A DNA stretch of 64,000 bases from Malacoraja senta (taxonomy: Eukaryota), in NCBI GenBank assembly GCA_038087875.1, contig JAXLNO010000529.1:186001-250000 (forward strand), written 5' to 3'. Below the pieces are notes generated by a model. It was not told where the DNA came from, searched no databases, and saw only the letters and a program-made list of their open reading frames with translations. Of this stretch, positions 14,178 through 24,800 are shown in pieces (position 1 is the stretch's first letter; each line of letters starts with the position of its first letter). The translations under genes were made by a program, and so were the position numbers.

Positions 14178-17100
14178 CTATTTCCTTCGCTCCATAGATG
14201 CTGCTGCACCCGCTGAGTTTCTCCAGCATTTTTGTGTACCCCCACAGTCCCACACAGTCCCACACAGTCCCCACAGACCCACACAGTCCCCACAGTCCCA
14301 CACAGTCCCACACAGTCCCACACAGTCCCACAAAGTCCCCACAGTCCCACACAGTCCCCACAGTCCCCACACAGTCCCCACAGTCCCACACAGTCCCACA
14401 CAGTCCCCACAGTCCCCACAGTCCCACACAGTCCCCACTGTCCCACACAGTCCCCACAGCCCCCACAGTCCCACACAGTCCCCACAGTCCCCACACAGTC
14501 CCACACTGTCCCCACAGTCCCACACAGTCCCACAGTCCCACACAGTCCCCCACACTCCCACACAGTCCCACACAGTCCCCAGAGTCCAACACATTCCCAC
14601 ACATTCCCCACAGTCCCACACAGTCCCCACAGTGCCACACAGTCCCCACAGTCCCCACAGTCCCCCACAGTCCCACACAGTCCCCACAGTCCCCCACAGT
14701 CCCACACAGTCCCCACAATACCACACAGTCTCCACACAGTCCCACGCAGTCCCCATACAGTCCCCACAGTCCCACACAGTCCCCACAGTCCCCACACAGT
14801 CCCCACACAGTCCCACACAGTCCCACACAGTCCCACACAGTCCCACAGTACCCACAGTCCCCACACAGTCCCCACACAGTCCCCACAGTCCCCACAGTCC
14901 CCACACAGTCTCCACAGTCCCACACACAGTTCCCACACAGTCCCACAGTCCCACACACAGTCCCCACAGTCCCACACAGTCCCACAGTCCCCACAGTCCC
15001 CACAGTCCCACAGTCCCCACAGTCCCCACACAGTCCCACAGTCCCCACACAGTCCCACAGTCCCACAGTCCCCACACAGTCCCACAGTCCCCACAGTCCC
15101 CACAGTCCCCACAGTCCCCACACAGTCCCACAGTCCCCCCACAGTCCCCACGCAGTCCCACAGTCCCCACACAGCCCCACAGTCCCCACACAGTCCCACA
15201 GTCCCACACAGTCCCACAGCCCCACAGTCCACACAGTCCCCCACAGTCCCACAGTCCCCACACAGTCCCACACAGTCCCATACAGTCCCACACAGTCCCA
15301 CAGTCCCCACAGTCCCCACAGTCCCACACAGTCCCACACAGTCCCACAGTCCCCACAGTCCCCACACAGTCCCACACAGTCCCCACAGTCCCACACAGTC
15401 CCACAGTCCCCACAGTCCCCACACAGTCCCAAACAGCCCCACAGTCCCCACAGTCCCCACAGTCCCACACAGTCCCACACAATCCCACAGTCCCCACACA
15501 GTCCCACACAGTCTCCACACAGTCCCACAGTCCCACACAATCCCACAGTCCACACAGTCCCCACACAGTCCCACAGTCCCCACACAGTCCCCCACAGTCC
15601 CCACACAGTCCCACAGTCCCCACAGTCCCACACAGTCCCCACAGTCCCCACACAGTCCCACACAGTCCCCACACAGTCCCACAGTCCCACACAGTCCCAC
15701 AGTCCACACAGTCCCCACACAGTCCCACAGTCCCCACACAGACCCCACAGTCCCCACACAGTCCCACAGTCCCCACAGTCCCCACACAGTCCCACAGTCC
15801 CCACACAGTCCCCACATTCCCCACAGTCCCCACACAGCCCCCACAGTCCCCACAGTCCCCACACAGTCCCACAGTCCCCACACAGTCCCACACAGTCCCC
15901 ACAGCCCCCACAGCCCCCACAGTCCCCACAGTCCCACAGTCCCCGACAGTCCCACAGTCCCACAGTCCCCACACAGTCCCACACAGTCCCCACAGTCCCA
16001 CAGTCCACCACAGTCCACACATTCCCCCACAGTCGCACATTCCCCCACAGTCCCACATTCCCCACAGTCCCCACAGTCCCCACAGTCCCCCACAGTCCCA
16101 CATTCCCCCACAGTCCCCACAGTCCCCACAGTCCCCCACACAGTCCCCACAGTCCCCCACATTCCCACACAGTCCCCACAGTCCCACACAGTCCCCACAG
16201 TCCCCACAGTCCCACACAGTCCCACACAGTCCCCACAGTCCAACACAGTCCCACACATTCCCCACAGTCCCACACAGTCCCCACAGTCCCACAGTCCCAC
16301 AGTCCCCACACAGTCCCACAGTCCCCACAGTCCCCTCAGTCCCCACAGTCCCACACAGTCCCACAGTCCCCCCACAGTCCCCACGCAGTCCCACAGTCCC
16401 CACACAGCCCCACAGTCCCCACACAGTCCCACAGTCCCACACAGTCCCACAGCCCCACAGTCCACACAGTCCCCCACAGTCCCACAGTCCCCACACAGTC
16501 CCACACAGTCCCACACAGTCCCACACAGTCCCACAGTTCCCACAGTCTCCACAGTCCCACACAGTCCCACACAGTCCCACAGTCCCCACAGTCCCCACAC
16601 AGTCCCACACAGTCCCCACAGTCCCACACAGTCCCACAGTCCCCACAGTCCCCACACAGTCCCAAACAGACCCACAGTCCCCACAGTCCCCACAGTCCCA
16701 CACAGTCCCACACAGTCCCCACAGTCCTCACACAGTCCCACACATTCCCCACACAGTCCCACAGTCCCACACAGTCCCACAGTCCACACAGTCCCCACAC
16801 AGTCCCACAGTCCCACACAGTCCCCACAGTCCCCACAGTCCCCCACAGTCCCACACAGTCCCCACAGTCCCACACAGTCCCCACAGTCCCACACAGTCCC
16901 CACAGTCCCCCACAGTCCCACACAGTCCCACACAGTCCCCACAGTCCCACACAGTCCCCACAGTCCCACACAGTCCCACACAGTCCCACACAGTCCCACA
17001 CAGTCCCCACAGTCCCACACAGTCCCCACAGTCCCCACACAGTCCCCACAGTCCCACACAGTCCCACACAGTCCCCACAGTCCCCACAGTCCCACACAGT

Positions 17101-18013
17101 CCCCACAGTCCCACACAGTCCCCACAGTCCCCCACAGTCCCACACAGTCCCCACAGTCCCACACAGTCCCACAGCCCCACAGTCCACACAGTCCCCCACA
17201 GTCCCACAGTCCCCACACAGTCCCACACAGTCCCACACAGTCCCCACAGTCCAACACAGTCCCACACATTCCCCACAGTCCCACACAGTCCCCACAGTCC
17301 CACACAGTCCCCACAGTCCCCACAGTCCCCCACAGTCCCCAGAGTCCCACACAGTCCCAATGTCCCCACAGTCCCCCACAGTCCCACACAGTCCCCACAG
17401 TCCCACAGTCCCCACAGTCCCAAACAGTCCCACACAGTCCCCCACAGTCCCACACAGTCCCCACATAGTCCCCACAGTCCCACACAGTCCCACAGTCCCA
17501 CACAGTCCCCACAGTCCCACAGTCCCACAGTCCCACACAGTCCCCACAGTCCCACACAGTCCCCACACATTCCCCACATTCCCCACACAGTCCCACAGTC
17601 CCCACACAGTCCCGAGCAGTCCCCACAGTCCCCACACAGTCCCCACACAGTCCCCACACAGTCCCCACACAGTCCCACACAGTCCCACACAGTCCCACAG
17701 TCCCACACAGTCCCCCACAGTCCCCACAGTCCCCACACAGTCCCACACAGTCCTACACAGTCCCCCACAGTCCCACACAGTCCCCCACAGTCCCACACAG
17801 TCCCACACAGTCCCCACAGTCCCACATAGTCCCCACACAGTCCCCACAGTCCCACAAAGTCCCACACAGTCCCCACAGTCCCACACATTCCCCACAGTCC
17901 CACACAGTCCCACACATTCCCCACAGTCCCCCACAGTCCCACACAGTCCCCACAGTCCCACACAGTCCCCACAGTCCCACACAGTCCCCACAGTCCCCCA
18001 CAGTCCCACAGTC

Positions 18014-18724
18014 CCCTCCTCCACCATAGATGAGGCTCGCACCAGGGTCTCTGCCATACCCCGCAACACTGCTCTCTCTCCCCATCCCCCCACTCACAAC
18101 AAAGGCAGAGTCCCCCTAGTCCTCACCTTTCACCCCACCAGCCGTCACATACAACAAGTGATCCTCCGTCAGTTCCGCCACCTCCAACGTGACCCCACCA
18201 CTCGCCACATCTTCCCATCTCCCCCTATGTCTGCCTTCCGCAAAGACCGCTCCCTCCGTAACTCCCTTGTCAATTCTTCCCTTCCCTCCCATACCACCCC
18301 CTCCCCTGGTACTTTCCCTTGCAACCGCAAGAGATGCAACACTTGTCCCTTCACTTCCCCCCTCCACTCCATTCCAGGACCCAAGCAGTCGTTCCAGGTG
18401 CGACAGAGGTTCACCTGCATCTCCTCCAACCTCATCTATTGCATTCGCTGCTCTAGATGCCAGCTGATCTACATCGGTGAGACCAAGCGGAGGCTTGGCG
18501 ATCGTTTCGCCGAACACCTCCGGTCGGTCCGCAATAACCAACCTGAACTCCCGGTGGCTCAGCACTTCAACTCCCCCTCCCATTCCGTATCTGACCTCTC
18601 TGTCCTGGGTCCCCTCCATGGCCACAGCGAGCAACACCGTAAATTGGAGGAAATGCACCTCATATTCCGCTTGGGCAGTCTACATCCTGGTGGCCTGAAC
18701 GTTGAATTCTCCCAATTCTGCTAG
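18014..18724 (+). pseudogene. PLE ORF C-terminal fragment (~236 aa) with GIY-YIG endonuclease, copy 2
   Basis: Same motifs as copy 1; reads FTSPLHSIPG and SLHPGG where copy 1 has FTSPHSIPG and SLHAGG. It forms the C-terminus of track ORF 14198..18724. Confidence 0.9.
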
Positions 18725-18838
18725 CCCTGGCTGTCCCCTCCCTTTCATCAGCCATCTGGTTGTCTCCGCCCCTCCCCCAGCCCTCGGGCTCCTCCTCCTC
18801 CTTTTCCTTTTTTCCTTTCTTCTCCCCACCCCCTATCA

Positions 18839-18870
18839 GTCTGAAGAAGGGTTTCGGCCCGAAACGTTAC
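18839..18870 (+). ncRNA. Hammerhead ribozyme-like core (copy 2)
   Basis: CTGAAGA 18841-18847, GGGT-TTCG-GCCC, GAAA 18861-18864, then CGTT; identical to copy 1. Confidence 0.6.
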
Positions 18871-21800
18871 CTATTTCCTTCGCTCCATAGATGCTGCTGC
18901 ACCCGCTGAGTTTCTCCAGCATTTTTGTGTACCCCCACAGTCCCACACAGTCCCACACAGTCCCCACAGACCCACACAGTCCCCACGGTCCCACACAGTC
19001 CCACACAGTCCCACACAGTCCCACAAAGTCCCCACAGTCCCACACAGTCCCCACAGTCCCCACACAGTCCCCACAGTCCCACACAGTCCCACACAGTCCC
19101 CACAGTCCCCACAGTCCCACACAGTCCCCACTGTCCCACACAGTCCCCACAGCCCCCACAGTCCCACACAGTCCCCACAGTCCCCACACAGTCCCACACT
19201 GTCCCCACAGTCCCACACAGTCCCACAGTCCCACACAGTCCCCCACACTCCCACACAGTCCCACACAGTCCCCAGAGTCCAACACATTCCCACACATTCC
19301 CCACAGTCCCACACAGTCCCCACAGTCCCACACAGTCCCCACAGTCCCCACAGTCCCCCACAGTCCCACACAGTCCCCACAGTCCCCCACAGTCCCACAC
19401 AGTCCCCACAGTCCCACACAGTCTCCACACAGTCCCACGCAGTCCCCATACAGTCCCCACAGTCCCACACAGTCCCCACAGTCCCCACACAGTCCCCACA
19501 CAGTCCCACACAGTCCCACACAGTCCCACACAGTCCCACAGTCCCCACAGTCCCCACACAGTCCCCACACAGTCCCCACAGTCCCCACAGTCCCCACACA
19601 GTCTCCACAGTCCCACACACAGTCCCCACACAGTCCCACAGTCCCACACACAGTCCCCACAGTCCCACACAGTCCCACGGTCCCCACAGTCCCCACAGTC
19701 CCACAGTCCCCACAGTCCCCACACAGTCCCACAGTCCCCACACAGTCCCACAGTCCCACAGTCCCCACACAGTCCCACAGTCCCCACAGTCCCCACAGTC
19801 CCCACAGTCCCCACACAGTCCCACAGTCCCCCCACAGTCCCCACGCAGTCCCACAGTCCCCACACAGCCCCACAGTCCCCACACAGTCCCACAGTCCCAC
19901 ACAGTCCCACAGACCCACAGTCCACACAGTCCCCCACAGTCCCACAGTCCCCACACAGTCCCACACAGTCCCATACAGTCCCACACAGTCCCACAGTCCC
20001 CACAGTCCCCACAGTCCCCCACAGTCCCCACACAGTCCCCACAGTCCCCACACAGTCCCCACAGTCCCACACAGTCCCACACAGTCCCCACAGTCCCCAC
20101 AGTCCCACACAGTCCCCACTGTCCCACACAGTCCCCACAGCCCCCACAGTCCCACACAGTCCCCACAGTCCCCACACAGTCCCACACTGTCCCCACAGTC
20201 CCACACAGTCCCACAGTCCCACACAGTCCCCCACAGTCCCACACAGTCCCACACAGTCCCCAGAGTCCAACACATTCCCACACATTCCCCACAGTCCCAC
20301 ACAGTCCCCACAGTCCCACACAGTCCCCACAGTCCCCACAGTCCCCCACAGTCCCACACAGTCCCCACAGTCCCCCACAGTCCCACACAGTCCCCACAGT
20401 CCCACACAGTCTCCACACAGTCCCACGCAGTCCCCATACAGTCCCCACAGTCCCACACAGTCCCCACAGTCCCCACACAGTCCCCACACAGTCCCACACG
20501 GTCCCACACAGTCCCACACAGTCCCACAGTCCCCACAGTCCCCACACAGTCCCCACACAGTCCCCACAGTCCCCACAGTCCCCACACAGTCTCCACAGTC
20601 CCACACACAGTCCCCACACAGTCCCACAGTCCCACACACAGTCCCCACAGTCCCACACAGTCCCACAGTCCCCACAGTCCCCACAGTCCCACAGTCCCCA
20701 CAGTCCCCACACAGTCCCACAGTCCCCACACAGTCCCACAGTCCCACAGTCCCCACACAGTCCCACAGTCCCCACAGTCCCCACAGTCCCCACAGTCCCC
20801 ACACAGTCCCACAGTCCCCCCACAGTCCCCACGCAGTCCCACAGTCCCCACACAGCCCCACAGTCCCCACACAGTCCCACAGTCCCACACAGTCCCACAG
20901 CCCCACAGTCCACACAGTCCCCCACAGTCCCACAGTCCCCACACAGTCCCACACAGTCCCATACAGTCCCACACAGTCCCACAGTCCCCACAGTCCCCAC
21001 AGTCCCACACAGTCCCACACAGTCCCACAGTCCCCACAGTCCCCACACAGTCCCACACAGTCCCCACAGTCCCACACAGTCCCACAGTCCCCACAGTCCC
21101 CACACAGTCCCAAACAGCCCCACAGTCCCCACAGTCCCCACAGTCCCACACAGTCCCACACAATCCCACAGTTCCCACACAGTCCCACACAGTCCCCACA
21201 CAGTCCCACAGTCCCACACAATCCCACAGTCCACACAGTCCCCACACAGTCCCACAGTCCCCACACAGTCCCCCACAGTCCCCACACAGTCCCACAGTCC
21301 CCACAGTCCCACACAGTCCCCACATTCCCCACAGTCCCACACAGTCCCCACAGAGTCCCACAGTCCCACACAGTCCCACAGTCCACACAGTCCCCACACA
21401 GTCCCACAGTCCCCACACAGACCCCACAGTCCCCACACAGTCCCACAGTCCCCACACAATCCCCACATTCCCCACAGTCCCCACACAGCCCCCACAGTCC
21501 CCACAGTCCCCACACAGTCCCACAGTCCCCACACAGTCCCACACAGTCCCCACAGCCCCCACAGCCCCCACAGTCCCCACAGTCCCACAGTCCCCGACAG
21601 TCCCACAGTCCCACAGTCCCCACACAGTCCCACACAGTCCCCACAGTCCCACAGTCCACCACAGTCCACACATTCCCCCACAGTCGCACATTCCCCCACA
21701 GTCCCACATTCCCCCACAGTCCCCACAGTCCCCACAGTCCCCCACAGTCCCACATTCCCCCACAGTCCCCACAGTCCCCACAGTCCCCCACACAGTCCCC

Positions 21801-24800
21801 ACAGTCCCCCACATTCCCACACAGTCCCCACAGTCCCACACAGTCCCCACAGTCCCACACAGTCCCCACAGTCCCCCACAGTCCCACACAGTCCCACACA
21901 GTCCCCACAGTCCAACACAGTCCCACACATTCCCCACAGTCCCACACAGTCCCCACAGTCCCACACAGTCCCCACAGTCCCCACAGTCCCCCACAGTCCC
22001 ACACAGTCCCCACAGTCCCCCACAGTCCCACACAGTCCCCACAGTCCCACACAGTCCCCACACAGTCCCACGCAGTCCCCATTCAGTCCCCACAGTCCCA
22101 CACAGTCCCCACAGTCCCCACACAGTCACCACACAGTCCCACACAGTCCCACACAGTCCCACACATTCCCACAGTCCCCACAGTCCCCACACAGTCCCCA
22201 CACAGTCCCCACAGTCCCCACAGTCCCCACACAGTCTCCACAGTCCCACACACAGTCCCCACACAGTCCCACAGTCCCACACACAGTCCCCACAGTCCCA
22301 CACAGTCCCACAGTCCCCACAGTCCCCACAGTCCCACAGTCCCCACAGTCCCCACACAGTCCCACAGTCCCCACACAGTCCCACAGTCCCACAGTCCCCA
22401 CACAGTCCCACAGTCCCCACAGTCCCCTCAGTCCCCACAGTCCCCACACAGTCCCACAGTCCCCCCACAGTCCCCACGCAGTCCCACAGTCCCCACACAG
22501 CCCCACAGTCCCCACACAGTCCCACAGTCCCACACAGTCCCACAGCCCCACAGTCCACACAGTCCCCCACAGTCCCACAGTCCCCACACAGTCCCACACA
22601 GTCCCACACAGTCCCACACAGTCCCACAGTTCCCACAGTCTCCACAGTCCCACACAGTCCCACACCGTCCCACAGTCCCCACAGTCCCCACACAGTCCCA
22701 CACAGTCCCCACAGTCCCACACAGTCCCACAGTCCGCACAGTCCCCACACAGTCCCAAACAGACCCACAGTCCCCACAGTCCCCACAGTCCCACACAGTC
22801 CCACACAGTCCCCACAGTCCACACACAGTCCCACACAGTCCCCACACAGTCCCACAGTCCCACACAGTCCCACAGTCCACACAGTCCCCACACAGTCCCA
22901 CAGTCCCACACAGTCCCCACAGTCCCCACAGTCCCCCACAGTCCCACACAGTCCCCACAGTCCCACACAGTCCCCACAGTCCCACACAGTCCCCACAGTC
23001 CCCCACAGTCCCACACAGTCCCACACAGTCCCCACAGTCCCACACAGTCCCCACAGTCCCACACAGTCCCACACAGTCCCACACAGTCCCACACAGTCCC
23101 CACAGTCCCACACAGTCCCCACAGTCCCCACACAGTCCCCACAGTCCCACACAGTCCCACACAGTCCCCACAGTCCCCACAGTCCCACACAGTCCCCACA
23201 GACCCACACAGTCCCCACAGTCCCCCACAGTCCCACACAGTCCCCACAGTCCCACACAGTCCCACAGCCCCACAGTCCACACAGTCCCCCACTATCCCAC
23301 AGTCCCCACACAGTCCCACACAGTCCCACACAGTCCCCACAGTCCAACACAGTCCCACACATTCCCCACAGTCCCACACAGTGCCCACAGTCCCACACAG
23401 TCCCCACAGTCCCCACAGTCCCCCACAGTCCCCAGAGTCCCACACAGTCCCAATGTCCCCACAGTCCCCCACAGTCCCACACAGTCCCCACAGTCCCACA
23501 GTCCCCACAGTCCCAAACAGTCCCACACAGTCCCCCACAGTCCCACACAGTCCCCACAGAGTCCCCACAGTCCCACACAGTCCCACAGTCCCACACAGTC
23601 CCCACAGTCCCTCAGTCCCACAGTCCCACACAGTCCCCACAGTCCCACAGTCCCACAGTCCCACACAGTCCCCACAGTCCCACACAGTCCCCACACATTC
23701 CCCACATTCCCCACACAGTCCCGCAGTCCCCACACAGTCCCGAGCAGTCCCCACAGTCCCCACACAGTCCCCACACAGTCCCCACACAGTCCCCACACAG
23801 TCCCACACAGTCCCACACAGTCCCACAGTCCCACACAGTCCCCCACAGTCCCCAAAGTCCCCACACAGTCCCACACAGTCCCACACAGTCCCCCACAGTC
23901 CCACACAGTCCCCCACAGTCCCACACAGTCCCACACAGTCCCCACAGTCCCACACAGTCCCCACACAGTCCCCACAGTCCCACAAAGTCCCACACAGTCC
24001 CCACAGTCCCACACAGTCCCCACAGTCCCACACAGTCCCACACAGTCCCCACAGTCCCCCACAGTCCCACACAGTCCCCACAGTCCCACACAGTCCCCAC
24101 AGTCCCACACAGTCCCCACAGTCCCACACAGTCCCCACAGACCCACACAGTCCCCACAGTCCCACACAGTCCCACACAGTCCCACACAGTCCCACAAAGT
24201 CCCCACAGTCCCACACAGTCCCCACAGTCCCCACACAGTCCCCACAGTCCCACACAGTCCCACACAGTCCCCACAGTCCCCACAGTCCCACACAGTCCCC
24301 ACTGTCCCACACAGTCCCCACAGCCCCCACAGTCCCACACAGTCCCCACAGTCCCCACACAGTCCCAGACTGTCCCCACAGTCCCACACAGTCCCACAGT
24401 CCCACACAGTCCCCCACAGTCCCACACAGTCCCACACAGTCCCCAGAGTCCAACACATTCCCACACATTCCCCACAGTCCCACACAGTCCCCACAGTCCC
24501 ACACAGTCCCCACAGTCCCCACAGTCCCCCACAGTCCCACACAGTCCCCACAGTCCCCCACAGTCCCACACAGTCCCCACAGTCCCACACAGTCTCCACA
24601 CAGTCCCACGCAGTCCCCATACAGTCCCCACAGTCCCACACAGTCCCCACAGTCCCCACACAGTCCCCACACAGTCCCACACAGTCCCACAGTCCCCACA
24701 GTCCCCACACAGTCCCCACACAGTCCCCACAGTCCCCACAGTCCCCACACAGTCTCCACAGTCCCACACACAGTCCCCACACAGTCCCACAGTCCCACAC

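Larger units (their letters stand above)
13321..14240 (+). mobile_element. 5'-truncated Penelope-like retroelement (Neptune-type), copy 1
   Basis: Non-satellite ~920 bp encoding linker, CNRKRCNTC Cys motif and GIY-YIG domain. Followed by a pyrimidine-rich 3' UTR (14032-14140) and the terminal CTGAAGAAGGGTTTCGGCCCGAAACG...GATGCTGC...CTGAGTTTCTCCAGCATTTTTGTGT segment that I recognise as a vertebrate PLE pseudo-LTR. No RT catalytic core. Confidence 0.9.
18011..18933 (+). mobile_element. 5'-truncated Penelope-like retroelement (Neptune-type), copy 2
   Basis: Same 5' and 3' junctions as copy 1, offset 4690-4693 bp. By eye it differs only by a 3-nt insertion (~18363) and three substitutions. Confidence 0.9.
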
